DNA of 64,000 nt from the IMG/VR virus record IMGVR_UViG_3300030376_007244; one strand, 5' to 3'. Below, in pieces: positions 50,201 through 60,263 of the stretch (its first letter is position 1; each line of letters opens with the position of its first letter). This DNA is from an uncultured virus (IMG/VR IMGVR_UViG_3300030376_007244) (taxonomy: Duplodnaviria; Heunggongvirae; Uroviricota; Caudoviricetes). The position numbers were made by a program, and so were the translations under genes. The notes beneath the pieces were generated by a model. It was not told the origin of the DNA. It saw nothing but the letters and a program-made list of their open reading frames with translations, and searched no databases.

Positions 50201-50673
50201 AAAACATCTCATGGAATATTGTAAGACAGGGTGATATTGTCCAGTTTAGATATAAGGGTGTTAGACCCAATGCAAAAGCTAGAATTAGAACAGTTTTGGT
50301 ATTGAATGCAAACCATAAAAAGTCTGTAAAAGATGGAACGGTAAGGTTGGTACACGGTATTGAACTTACTGCAATACCTTCAAGAGTGGGTGTAATAACT
50401 AAACAAGAAAAAGAACGAATGGTTGTTGCAGCTGCAGAAGCACGTGGACTGGAATACAGGCAATTGGATAAGTCTGTAGAAAGGATTGCAATTGTTGAAG
50501 GTAATGCTAAGTCCATATATGCACAACTTAGAACTATAGTGTCTAAACATGGTAACTATAGGACATACAGATATGATAGAGCCAAGAAATACCCAGTAAG
50601 ATTAGACACTGAGTATGACTGGCCTAAGGTTTTAGTCGACGAGTTAAAAGTAAAATTTAATTCACCAAAATAA
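50197..50673 (+). CDS. Hypothetical protein
   Basis: ATGA-coupled basic 158-aa ORF (GDIVQFRY, YRTY). Confidence 0.65.
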   Translation: MKNISWNIVRQGDIVQFRYKGVRPNAKARIRTVLVLNANHKKSVKDGTVRLVHGIELTAIPSRVGVITKQEKERMVVAAAEARGLEYRQLDKSVERIAIVEGNAKSIYAQLRTIVSKHGNYRTYRYDRAKKYPVRLDTEYDWPKVLVDELKVKFNSPK

Positions 50674-50685
50674 ACAGGAGGTTAT

Positions 50686-51279
50686 ATGTTAACGGCAATT
50701 GGCGATGTAATGCGAGAAGCATATAAACGCGGATGGATAACCACAAGAGATGGGAATATCTCTGTAAAAATGCGAGGTAGAAAAACCTTGTACATCACTC
50801 CGTCCGGTTGGAGAAAAACAATAATTCATCCAGAACACGTAGTAAAATTAAGATACGAAGACAATAGAAAATTAATCGTAAGAAAAAATAATGCCAGTGG
50901 TGAATTACATATGCATCACTTGATTCAATCTGGAACTATGAGTACAACATCAGTTGTACATTTACACCCAACTTACACGATAGCGGCAATGCATGCAGGA
51001 CATGATCTACAAAAAGTGGCTAGAGATTTTCCAGAGATTAGTCGATACACCAAAGTAGGACGAACAGTTCCAGAGCTTCCACCAATATCTGAAGAACTGG
51101 GATTGGCAACTGCTGATGCAATTGGAACAGGTGAAGGTGAAGATAACATACAGTATGATATTGTTGGACAAGAAGCACACGGTGTATGTGCAGTTGGTTG
51201 TAACCCATGGGATGCATTCGAACACATAGAACGATTAGAACATATTTGTCAAATTGTTTTAGCTTCTGGAAAATTATAA
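50686..51279 (+). CDS. Class II aldolase/adducin family protein
   Basis: DGNIS, ITPSG, SGELHMH, VVHLHP, HGV, IERLEH. Confidence 0.9.
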   Translation: MLTAIGDVMREAYKRGWITTRDGNISVKMRGRKTLYITPSGWRKTIIHPEHVVKLRYEDNRKLIVRKNNASGELHMHHLIQSGTMSTTSVVHLHPTYTIAAMHAGHDLQKVARDFPEISRYTKVGRTVPELPPISEELGLATADAIGTGEGEDNIQYDIVGQEAHGVCAVGCNPWDAFEHIERLEHICQIVLASGKL

Positions 51280-51289
51280 CAATATATAT
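51264..51289 (+). promoter_or_regulatory. Putative middle-class promoter; ATG follows 5 nt after core (leaderless)
   Basis: TTCTGG at 51264, ATATATAT at 51282, ATG at 51295, no SD. Confidence 0.55.
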
Positions 51290-51294
51290 AATAA

Positions 51295-51918
51295 ATGAAA
51301 ATAAGTTACGCAGTTACAACACATCAAGAGCATGAGGAAATATCAAGGCTAATACCATTTTTATTGGAACATAAGGATGATGAAGATGAATTGGTTATTG
51401 TTGACGACTATTCTGATTATAAATGTTGGGCAACCTTTGATAAAGTAATACACAGAGAAGATGTTACATTTGTTGAGCACCAACTAAATAACGATTTTGC
51501 GGTACATAAGAACTTTTTAAATTCTAACTGTACTGGAGACTGGATTGTCAACATAGATGCTGATGAAATGCCTCATGAGCAGTTGATAAAAAACATAAAA
51601 CTGCTGATAGAAACAAACCCAACAGTTGAACTTTATTGGGTACCGAGAGTGAACACAGTAGATGGAATAACACCTGAACATGTTAGAGCATGGGGTTGGA
51701 ATGTTGATGATAAAGGATGGGTAAACTTTCCAGATCCTCAGCAAAGAATTTATAAGAACGCAGAGCATATTCAATGGGTTAGACCAGTTCATGAACGATT
51801 AATTGGTGCAGTACAAGATGCATACTTACCATTCGAAGAGGAATGGAGTTTCTATCATCATAAAACAATAAGCAAACAAGAACAACAAAATAAACACTAT
51901 ACGGAAATATTAAAATGA
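51295..51918 (+). CDS. GT2 glycosyltransferase
   Basis: ISYAVT, VIVDDYS, NIDADE, VPRVN, PDPQQRIY, VHE. Confidence 0.9.
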   Translation: MKISYAVTTHQEHEEISRLIPFLLEHKDDEDELVIVDDYSDYKCWATFDKVIHREDVTFVEHQLNNDFAVHKNFLNSNCTGDWIVNIDADEMPHEQLIKNIKLLIETNPTVELYWVPRVNTVDGITPEHVRAWGWNVDDKGWVNFPDPQQRIYKNAEHIQWVRPVHERLIGAVQDAYLPFEEEWSFYHHKTISKQEQQNKHYTEILK

Positions 51919-52781
51919 AAGCATTAGTAACAGGTGGAGCAGGATTTGTAGGAACAAACCTAATAAATAAGCTCGTAAAAGATGGTCATGAAGTGATCAG
52001 TATTGATAACTATTCAACTGGCTTTACTGAGAATCATAACATAAAGGCAACATATCACAACTTAGATATAGCAAAGGTTACAAGCTATACAGCTTATACT
52101 AAACCAGATGTTGTGTTTCATTTGGCAGCTTTGGCAAGAATACAACCTTCATTGAAAAATCCAAGAAAATGTATAGAAAACAATTTTAATGGTACGTTTA
52201 ACGTTGTAGAATGGTGTAGAATAAACAATATCCCATTAGTTTACGCTGGTTCATCATCGATGCATCACGGTTTATACGGAAGCCCTTATGCATGGTCAAA
52301 GTTTGGTGGTGAAGAACTTTGTAGATTGTACACGAATGCATTCAATTTGAAAACTGCTATATGTAGATTTTACAATGTATATGGAGATTGTCAACTAGAA
52401 GATGGAGAATATGCAACTGTTATTGGAATATTTCTAAAACAGTTTAGAGAAGGAAAGCCGTTGACAATAACATCAGATGGTAAACAAAGACGAGATTTTA
52501 CACATGTAGACTTTATTGTAGAAGGATTAGTTAGCTGTGCACACGGACTTTTAAATGATACACTCATTGAAGGAGAAACGTTTGAATTGGGAACTGGTAG
52601 TAATCACTCGATAAATGAATTAGCTGATATGTTCCCATCAGATTATCCACGAGAATACATATCAAAACGAAAAGGTGAGTACGACTCTACATTGTGTGAT
52701 ATATCCTATGCTGAAGAGGTATTGGGTTATGAACCAAAGGACGTACTAAAGGATTACATAAGGAAGGCAACTAATGTATGA
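51915..52781 (+). CDS. NAD-dependent sugar epimerase/dehydratase
   Basis: GGAGFVG, HLAA, YAWSK, RFYNVYG, RDFTHV. Confidence 0.93.
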   Translation: MKALVTGGAGFVGTNLINKLVKDGHEVISIDNYSTGFTENHNIKATYHNLDIAKVTSYTAYTKPDVVFHLAALARIQPSLKNPRKCIENNFNGTFNVVEWCRINNIPLVYAGSSSMHHGLYGSPYAWSKFGGEELCRLYTNAFNLKTAICRFYNVYGDCQLEDGEYATVIGIFLKQFREGKPLTITSDGKQRRDFTHVDFIVEGLVSCAHGLLNDTLIEGETFELGTGSNHSINELADMFPSDYPREYISKRKGEYDSTLCDISYAEEVLGYEPKDVLKDYIRKATNV

Positions 52782-53475
52782 TGCATTTGTATTGACGTAT
52801 GATACACCTGATGGTATTGTACATAAGAAAACTCAGGATCTATTACTAAACCTAAAGACTAAAGGTTACCATGATATAATAGTTTATGGATTACCGTGGG
52901 TTGAAAGAAAGAATTTTAAATCTTTAATACCACACAGACATTTTGAACCAATCAATGTTAGCACACGAGATTTATGTGAAAGGTTGGGATATGTATATAG
53001 CGCATTGCCTATGGAAGACGTAGTCAGTCAAATGGATGTATACAGTGAAATGTACCTGTTAATTGGTGGAGCTGGAATTCTACCTAAAGAATTGTGCGAT
53101 ACGAACAGGGTAATAAATTCTCATCCAGCCTTTTTACCATACGTTAGAGGGTTGGACTCTTTAAAGTGGGCAATATACGAAGGTCAACCAGTAGGAGTTA
53201 CTTCACATATAATATCAGATGAGTGCGATGCTGGTTTTCTAATAAAACGGGAAATGGTTGCATTATATTCGTGGGATACATTTCATAGTGTGGCAAGAAG
53301 ACAGTACGATATGGAAATCAACATGTTAGTAGACGCTTTAGAAGATGTTAAAACAGCTGATCTTACACACGAATTGACAACATCAAAATCTGAAGCACAC
53401 AGAAGAATGTCACATCAGCACGAAATGAGATTGATGAAAAGGTTTAGAAAGATGATAGATGGGATACAAATCTGA
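52774..53475 (+). CDS. N10-formyl-THF-dependent formyltransferase-like protein
   Basis: INSHPAFLPYVRG...GVTSH..SDECDAG. Confidence 0.8.
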   Translation: MYDAFVLTYDTPDGIVHKKTQDLLLNLKTKGYHDIIVYGLPWVERKNFKSLIPHRHFEPINVSTRDLCERLGYVYSALPMEDVVSQMDVYSEMYLLIGGAGILPKELCDTNRVINSHPAFLPYVRGLDSLKWAIYEGQPVGVTSHIISDECDAGFLIKREMVALYSWDTFHSVARRQYDMEINMLVDALEDVKTADLTHELTTSKSEAHRRMSHQHEMRLMKRFRKMIDGIQI

Positions 53476-54494
53476 TGTTCCTTCATGTTGTAGGAGCAAG
53501 ACCTCAGTTTATGAAGTTGGCTCCACTTGCACAACAGTTTGAAAAGAAGGGAATGGATTACGACATATTACATACTGGTCAACATTATGATAAAAATATG
53601 TCTGATGATTTTTTCAAAGAATTAGGAATTAAGAAACCAGATTATTTGTTGGACCACAATGGTAAGCCATATCCAGAATTGTTGTCTGATATGATAGAGG
53701 ACATTAGTTACCATATAAATCAATACACAGATGTTGTAGTTTATGGAGATACACTTTCAACATTAGCTGGATCTTTAGCCGCAAGTTTTAGTGGCAAAAC
53801 TCTTCATCATGTAGAATCAGGTTTAAGGCTTCCAAGTTTACAAATGCCAGAGGAAAGAATACGTAGAATGGTAGATGAAGTATCTGATCATCTGTATTGT
53901 ATATCTGAATCGGATGCTAAGAATCTATCGCATGTAAACGGAGATGTGCACGTGGTTGGTGACATTATGTACGATAATTTTTTGCATAGAGAAGTTTCCG
54001 ACTCTCCATTTTATGGTATCATCCCTTATGTTTTTGTAACAATACACAGAGAAGAAAACACACATAAAAAAGAGTTAACGTTTATTATAGAACAGTTAAA
54101 TCAGCTTAGTAAGACTATTGATATAGTTTTTCCAGTTCATCCTAGAACACAAGCTGCAATAGACGAATACAATATAAGTGTAGAGTTTCCAATACATGAT
54201 ACTATGTCACAACTACAAACTTTACAATACATCAACGGATGTGAGTATGTTATTTCAGATAGTGGAGGTGTACCAAAAGAAGCATATTGGATGAAAAAGA
54301 AAAGCATTGTTGTATTAAAGGATTTGGTTTATCCAGTTTTAGAGGAACACAATTATTGTATGAGAGCTGATTATAATAAAATTTTACGTTGCGTAAATAA
54401 TATAGACAAACTAGATACACCATCATTTATGGTTAAAAACCTATTAGGGTATGGTGACGCAGCGCACAGAATAACGGAGATAATGAATGCATAG
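53475..54494 (+). CDS. Non-hydrolysing UDP-GlcNAc 2-epimerase family (WecB/WbpI-like)
   Basis: VVGARPQFMK, HTGQHYD, YGDT, HVESGLR, MPEE, TIHREEN, DSGGVPKEA. Confidence 0.92.
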   Translation: MFLHVVGARPQFMKLAPLAQQFEKKGMDYDILHTGQHYDKNMSDDFFKELGIKKPDYLLDHNGKPYPELLSDMIEDISYHINQYTDVVVYGDTLSTLAGSLAASFSGKTLHHVESGLRLPSLQMPEERIRRMVDEVSDHLYCISESDAKNLSHVNGDVHVVGDIMYDNFLHREVSDSPFYGIIPYVFVTIHREENTHKKELTFIIEQLNQLSKTIDIVFPVHPRTQAAIDEYNISVEFPIHDTMSQLQTLQYINGCEYVISDSGGVPKEAYWMKKKSIVVLKDLVYPVLEEHNYCMRADYNKILRCVNNIDKLDTPSFMVKNLLGYGDAAHRITEIMNA

Positions 54495-55383
54495 ATTCGG
54501 ATTGATAGGAGCCGCAGGATATATAGCTCCAAAACATATGAGAGCAATAAAGGATACAGGAAACGATTTGGTGTCGATATTGGATCCAAATGATTCAGTC
54601 GGTATAATAGATAGTCATTTTCCAGAGGCATCATATTTTTCAGAATTTGAACGGTTTGATAGACACTTAGATAGGTCTAGAAGAATGGGAAAGGGTGTAG
54701 ATTATATTAGTATAGCTTCACCAAATTATTTACATGATTCCCATATGAGATTTGCCCTAAAGACTGATGCACATGCAATATGTGAAAAGCCTTTGGTTAT
54801 GAATCCATACGCTTTAAATTCACTCAAACAGTTGGAACAAGAAACTGGTAAACGGGTATACCCGATACTACAATTAAGATTGCATCCAAGTATTGTAAAA
54901 CTTAAGAAAAAAATTGAAAAAAGTGTTTCCAATTCTCATCAAATTGTATTAGATTATGTTACGCCCAGAGGAAAATGGTATAACTATTCGTGGAAAGGAA
55001 ATCATGACAAGTCAGGAGGAGTTGCAACAAACATTGGTATACACTTCTTTGATATGTTACTTTGGATATTTGGACCAGTTCAAAACAGCTATGTTGATTA
55101 TCACACAGATACTAAAGCTAGTGGACATTTAGAGTTGGAAAAGGCAAATGTACAGTGGAGACTAAGCATAGATGCAAACGACATACCTAAAATGGGCATA
55201 ATAAGAGAATGGAAAGCTTACAGATCAATTACTATAGATGGAAAAGAAATAGAATTTTCAGATGGTTTCACAGATTTACACACTGAAAGTTATAAGAATA
55301 TATTGAATGGCAAGGGATTTACAATAGACGATGCAGAACCTTCACTAAAACTTGTACATCAAATAAGGAACTCTAAAAAATGA
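54487..55383 (+). CDS. UDP-GlcNAcA 3-dehydrogenase (WbpB/WlbA-like, Gfo/Idh/MocA)
   Basis: IGAAGYIAPKH, DSVGIIDSHFP, SPNYLHDSH, CEKP, SWKG..KSGGVATNIGIHFFD, EFSDGFTDLH. Confidence 0.9.
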   Translation: MHRFGLIGAAGYIAPKHMRAIKDTGNDLVSILDPNDSVGIIDSHFPEASYFSEFERFDRHLDRSRRMGKGVDYISIASPNYLHDSHMRFALKTDAHAICEKPLVMNPYALNSLKQLEQETGKRVYPILQLRLHPSIVKLKKKIEKSVSNSHQIVLDYVTPRGKWYNYSWKGNHDKSGGVATNIGIHFFDMLLWIFGPVQNSYVDYHTDTKASGHLELEKANVQWRLSIDANDIPKMGIIREWKAYRSITIDGKEIEFSDGFTDLHTESYKNILNGKGFTIDDAEPSLKLVHQIRNSKK

Positions 55384-56357
55384 ACAATGAAAACATTATA
55401 ATATACGTTTCATCTCGAAACAATTATGACATGTTAGAAGGTGAAGTGTTTAAGAACATAGACAGAGAAGGGTTTGAACTAATAAACGTAGACGATAAAT
55501 CATCAGAAGAGGAAGTACAAAAGGGCAAACAAATGTGTGACACTGCTGGTATTGTATTCTTAGAGAATAAATCCAGAGGTGTGCAAATGGCAACCGATAC
55601 TGTTGTTGATTTTATATCCGATAATAGACCAAATTGTAAGTGGATTATTTGTTTTCAGCATGACATTTATCCAGTTAGTAAGAACTTTTTTTCTAGACTA
55701 TCAGCATTGATAGAGACTGGAAAGCTAGACGAATTTGGTGGAGTAGGTTTTAATATATTGGATAAGGGTGATTATGCTGGAAATGCTTGGGAATTATTTC
55801 AAAATGGTGAGATGCCAATTGGTGGAATTGGGTTTGGACACCTAGGTATATCGGATAATAGTGGAAGATGGTTGGCAACAGGAAAAAACTCAACAGTTAG
55901 AAATAAACCTGAATTATTTAAGAATCCATTTATATGCGAATTTGCAATGTGGCCTGTGGTAGGGTTAAACGTAAATGTATGGAAGGATAAAGTCATAGCA
56001 AGTGAAGACTATCAATTTCACATTTGGTATCCAGATGTAGCAATGCAATTGAACTATAATAATTTTCCAATAGTTCAGCTTCCAAGATTGTATTGTTATA
56101 ACAATCAGTGGCTCAAAGAAAAATACGGAATGCATTATAACAGTGCAGTTGGAGCAAGACAAGGAGACGCATACCATTTCGGTAGTTATGGAGATCATTT
56201 TACCGCATGGAAAGAGAGATGGGGTTGGGACTATGAAAATGTGTATGGAACATTTGAATCTATAAAACACAATTATGAAGGAACATTAATCTACGATTAC
56301 TACCACCATGACTATGATAATGGACCATTAAAAACATATAATTTTGGAGAATATTAA
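55380..56357 (+). CDS. GT-A glycosyltransferase-like protein
   Basis: IYVSSRNN, INVDDKS, WIICFQHD. Confidence 0.65.
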   Translation: MNNENIIIYVSSRNNYDMLEGEVFKNIDREGFELINVDDKSSEEEVQKGKQMCDTAGIVFLENKSRGVQMATDTVVDFISDNRPNCKWIICFQHDIYPVSKNFFSRLSALIETGKLDEFGGVGFNILDKGDYAGNAWELFQNGEMPIGGIGFGHLGISDNSGRWLATGKNSTVRNKPELFKNPFICEFAMWPVVGLNVNVWKDKVIASEDYQFHIWYPDVAMQLNYNNFPIVQLPRLYCYNNQWLKEKYGMHYNSAVGARQGDAYHFGSYGDHFTAWKERWGWDYENVYGTFESIKHNYEGTLIYDYYHHDYDNGPLKTYNFGEY

Positions 56358-56359
56358 CG

Positions 56360-57328
56360 ATGAAAGTATTAGTAACTGGAGCAGCAGGATTAATTGGTAG
56401 TCACATGTGTGATGTACTAGTTAGTAATGGTCATGAGGTAATTGCAGTTGATGACCTTTCATATGGTAACCCGGATAATATTAATAAAAACGTAAAATTT
56501 ATAGAAGCAGATTGTTCAACCGATTTTGCAAGTTTATCGAATAATTGTATGTGTGAAGTTTCATGTGGTTGCGATATAACTGACATAGATTTCATATATC
56601 ATTTTGCTTCTGTAAAGAAATTGTGGAATGACATAGATGAAACAAATATTTTAGACGTAAATTTTAGAATGACAAAACAAGTTGTAGATTTAGCTATAAA
56701 AAATAATGCTCACTTAGTGTTTGCATCTACTTCTGATGTATACGGAAATCACGATACATTTTTAGAGTCAGATCCGATTACAATTGGACCTTCAACCATA
56801 GAAAGGTATTCGTATGCAATGTCAAAACTACACAGCGAACAATACATTTTAAACTTGGTCAACAAAAATAAATTGGATGCAACAATAATACGTGTATTTG
56901 GTTGTGCATCAGAGAGATCGGCTAAGAGTTATTTAGGAATGCACGTTGCCCTGTTTACAGTACAAGCAATCAATAGTGAAGAGATAACAATATTTGACGA
57001 TGGATTACAAACGAGATCTATATCTCATGCTGAAGATGTTGTAAACGGTTTTTATGCAGTGATAGATAATAGTGTTAGAGCAAACGGAGAAATAATAAAT
57101 TTAGGAACTGATCAGCAAACAACGATAAAGTATGTAGCTGAATATATTACTGATAGAATACGATATTCAGGTAACATAAAATATGTGCCAATGGAGGAAC
57201 GATTTAAGGGATACCCAGAAATAAAGGTTAGGTTTGCAAATTTAGATAAGGCTAAAGAATTATTAAATTATAAAGTAACTAAAACAACAGAGGATGTTAT
57301 GGACGAAATAATTGAGGCATGGGCATGA
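56360..57328 (+). CDS. NAD-dependent epimerase/dehydratase (UDP-glucuronate decarboxylase-like)
   Basis: GAAGLIG, FASTSDVYG, RYSYAMSK, GLQTRS. Confidence 0.9.
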   Translation: MKVLVTGAAGLIGSHMCDVLVSNGHEVIAVDDLSYGNPDNINKNVKFIEADCSTDFASLSNNCMCEVSCGCDITDIDFIYHFASVKKLWNDIDETNILDVNFRMTKQVVDLAIKNNAHLVFASTSDVYGNHDTFLESDPITIGPSTIERYSYAMSKLHSEQYILNLVNKNKLDATIIRVFGCASERSAKSYLGMHVALFTVQAINSEEITIFDDGLQTRSISHAEDVVNGFYAVIDNSVRANGEIINLGTDQQTTIKYVAEYITDRIRYSGNIKYVPMEERFKGYPEIKVRFANLDKAKELLNYKVTKTTEDVMDEIIEAWA

Positions 57329-58275
57329 GAGCAGCAGTTATAACACCAATTGATCACTTACCGAATGTAAAGAAGCTCATTGATAAAAAATTAGGTGATA
57401 ATAATGTGTACTATTTACAAGGTAAAGTGACTGAAGGGAACGTTGTAAATTTTGTACAACGGGCAAAAATAGATACAATAATATGTAACCCAAATGAACA
57501 GCAATTCAAGATAGGTGCACGAATATTGAGTAACGGTATAAAGAGAATATTGACATGCTCAACAGGATTAAATCACATTGACATGGAGTGGTGTAAATTA
57601 TGGAACATAGAAGTTTTGTCACTAACCAATGATCATGATTTATTACAGCATTTACCTTCAACTGCAGAGCTAGCGTTTGGTTTGACATGTGACTTACTCA
57701 GAAACATTACAAAGTCATCTCAATCTGTGATAAAGGGTGAATGGAGTTACACGCCATATGTTGGAAGACAGATGAGAGGAATGAAAGCTGGAATTATAGG
57801 TTATGGACGATTAGGTTCAATGATGGCTAATTATTTTCACGCTTTCGGCATTGACGTATATATTTATGATAGAGATCAAGAAATAATGACTGATCCAACG
57901 TTAATGTATAACAACTGTACATTAGAAAAAATGTTTACGGATTGTGATGTTATAAGTTTACACGTTCATGTTAATGATACAACAATTGGAATGGTAAACA
58001 AAGAATTGATTAACAAGTCAAAAAAAGGTTTTTATTTGATTAACACTTCGCGAGGAGAAATAGTAAAAGAACCAGATGTTGTAGATGGTTTAAAATCTGG
58101 TAAAATTTTAGGTTATGGAACTGATGTTTTGGAAGATGAGTTTGGAGACATAAACGATTCTCCAATTCTACATGCAGCTAGAGATGGCCATAACGTTATA
58201 ATCACTCCTCACATAGGAGGAATGACATTTGAAGGACAAGAAAAGGCATACACATGGGCAATAAACAAACTCTAG
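57319..58275 (+). CDS. D-isomer-specific 2-hydroxyacid dehydrogenase
   Basis: STGLNHID, STAE, GIIGYGRLG, SLHV, INTSRGE, DVLEDE, TPHIGG; start may be 57325. Confidence 0.92.
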   Translation: MGMRAAVITPIDHLPNVKKLIDKKLGDNNVYYLQGKVTEGNVVNFVQRAKIDTIICNPNEQQFKIGARILSNGIKRILTCSTGLNHIDMEWCKLWNIEVLSLTNDHDLLQHLPSTAELAFGLTCDLLRNITKSSQSVIKGEWSYTPYVGRQMRGMKAGIIGYGRLGSMMANYFHAFGIDVYIYDRDQEIMTDPTLMYNNCTLEKMFTDCDVISLHVHVNDTTIGMVNKELINKSKKGFYLINTSRGEIVKEPDVVDGLKSGKILGYGTDVLEDEFGDINDSPILHAARDGHNVIITPHIGGMTFEGQEKAYTWAINKL

Positions 58276-58943
58276 AGTTACCACCAAAGGTATGGTTAGA
58301 TGAGGAAACCATACAAAAGGCATTCGAAGAAATAGACCAATTTCAAATAGAAATGAATCCTATGGTCTATCATGAAAGGTGGTCAATAAAGGATTGTAAA
58401 AGAATAATCATTGTGGGTCCACAGAGGAGTGGAACTACGTTTACGTCTAAAGCATTTGCATGGACTATGGGATGGGAAGTGGTAGATGAAGATGCATTTG
58501 ATGTTATTAATGTTGATAAGTTTACAGATATAATACGAAATAGGGATAGAATTGTTGTACAAGCTCCAGCTATGACACCTCACATACACAGTTTGGCAAC
58601 TGAAGATGATATGATTATTTTTATGCATCGAAAGTGGTCAGATATTATAAAGTCAGTGTACAGAAAGAATGGTAGATTAAGCGATTGGATATTACAAGAA
58701 ACAATGTTTGACGTAGAACGTTATCATTACTGTAAATTGGATCCAAAAGCTGGAGATGTATTTGATAATGTAGTTGATAAAAACTCATACTACTTAAATG
58801 CATTTTATTCAATGTGGAAGAACTATCAAAAAGATATTATACCAAACTGTGTAGAATTAGAATACGAATCAATGAGCGAACACGATTTATGGATAGATAA
58901 ATCTAAAAGAGGGAAATTTCATGAAAAGCAAACGACGTTATAA
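58254..58943 (+). CDS. PAPS-dependent sulfotransferase-like protein
   Basis: 5'-PSB-like IVGPQRSGTT; 3'-PB-like HRKWSDIIKS; LEYE. Confidence 0.7.
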   Translation: MGNKQTLELPPKVWLDEETIQKAFEEIDQFQIEMNPMVYHERWSIKDCKRIIIVGPQRSGTTFTSKAFAWTMGWEVVDEDAFDVINVDKFTDIIRNRDRIVVQAPAMTPHIHSLATEDDMIIFMHRKWSDIIKSVYRKNGRLSDWILQETMFDVERYHYCKLDPKAGDVFDNVVDKNSYYLNAFYSMWKNYQKDIIPNCVELEYESMSEHDLWIDKSKRGKFHEKQTTL

Positions 58944-59466
58944 AATATTAACGATCATACCAGCTAAGTTAGATTCTACTAGACTGAAGGAAAAGAACAT
59001 TCGGCAATTAGATGGCAAACCTTTATTTCATCATAGTATAGATTATGCAAAGGATTCGCGTCACCTAAATACTATAGTTGTATCTACCGAAAGCGTAAAG
59101 TTGGCTTCGATGATACCAGATGGTGTGTATCACCACTATAGAGATTCTTCTCTTTGTGGAGACGTTGAAGTGGTAGAGGTATATTTGGATGTAGTAAAAA
59201 AATCAGATTCATATTACGATTATGTAGTGTGTCTCCAACCAGATAATCCAAACCGTAGTAACACATTAGACGAATGTTTGGATTACATGATATCGAATAA
59301 CTATGATGATCTGGTTACAGTGAATGAAAAATATAAAAGAAGTGGATCTGTCAGAATATTCAAATACGATGACTTAGTAAATGAAACTGTTTCGAAAAGA
59401 ATGGGTATCATCAAAGATTCAGCAGTAGACATACATTATAAAGAAGATTTAGAGGCAATACAATGA
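58921..59466 (+). CDS. neuA: CMP-nonulosonate synthetase (acylneuraminate cytidylyltransferase)
   Basis: IIPAKLDSTRLKEKNI..LDGKPL, VVSTES, LQPDNPNR, VDIH. Confidence 0.85.
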   Translation: MKSKRRYKILTIIPAKLDSTRLKEKNIRQLDGKPLFHHSIDYAKDSRHLNTIVVSTESVKLASMIPDGVYHHYRDSSLCGDVEVVEVYLDVVKKSDSYYDYVVCLQPDNPNRSNTLDECLDYMISNNYDDLVTVNEKYKRSGSVRIFKYDDLVNETVSKRMGIIKDSAVDIHYKEDLEAIQ

Positions 59467-60263
59467 CTAAACTAATAGCAGAAATAGGTTGGAATCATAT
59501 GGGAGATATGAATCTCGCAAAGGAAATGATTGCAGCAGCAAATGAAAGCGGTGCAAATAGTGCCAAGTTTCAAACATGGTCTGTTCAAAGACTTAAACAC
59601 GGGTCTTGGGACGATGATGGTAGATTAGAGATTTATAAGAAAGCTGAACTAAGTTTAGATCAGCATTTTGAATTGAAGGAATATTGTGACAAAGTAGGTA
59701 TAGAATTTTTATCATCAGTGTTTTCAATACCAGATGCTAAGTTACTTTCAGAAGTTATAACGCACACTGTTAAGATTCCAAGTGCAGAATCCAGGAATAT
59801 ACAGCTATTGAGATATGCTTATCACACGTTTGATCATGTATATTTGTCTACGGGTACAAGTACCATAGATGAAATAGCTGAAGTAACACGTGGTCATGAA
59901 CATAAAACTACATATTTACACTGTGTTTCAGCATATCCATGCTTGTTTAAACAGAGTAATTTAAATAGGATAAAACATCTTAAGGACAGGTTTGGTGACA
60001 ACGTAGGTTTTTCTGATCACTGTAGAGTAATCGATCCATCGGTTTTAGCATTGAATTATGGAGTAAAGGTTATAGAAAAGCATTTTACAATAGATCAAAA
60101 CTTACCAGGTAGGGACAATGAAAACGCAATACTTCCTAAGGATATGGAAAATTTACGAGGTTGGATAGACGTAAATGATATGTGTCATGAAATCGATACA
60201 CCAGATTATCAAGATTGTGAAGAAGATGTCAGAGAAAATTATTCAGGGAGGTTTGATGGATAA
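59463..60263 (+). CDS. neuB: Nonulosonic acid (N-acetylneuraminate-type) synthase, no C-terminal SAF domain
   Basis: IAEIGWNHMGD, AKFQ, KIPS, STG, LHCVSAYP, GFSDH, IEKHFT. Confidence 0.92.
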   Translation: MTKLIAEIGWNHMGDMNLAKEMIAAANESGANSAKFQTWSVQRLKHGSWDDDGRLEIYKKAELSLDQHFELKEYCDKVGIEFLSSVFSIPDAKLLSEVITHTVKIPSAESRNIQLLRYAYHTFDHVYLSTGTSTIDEIAEVTRGHEHKTTYLHCVSAYPCLFKQSNLNRIKHLKDRFGDNVGFSDHCRVIDPSVLALNYGVKVIEKHFTIDQNLPGRDNENAILPKDMENLRGWIDVNDMCHEIDTPDYQDCEEDVRENYSGRFDG

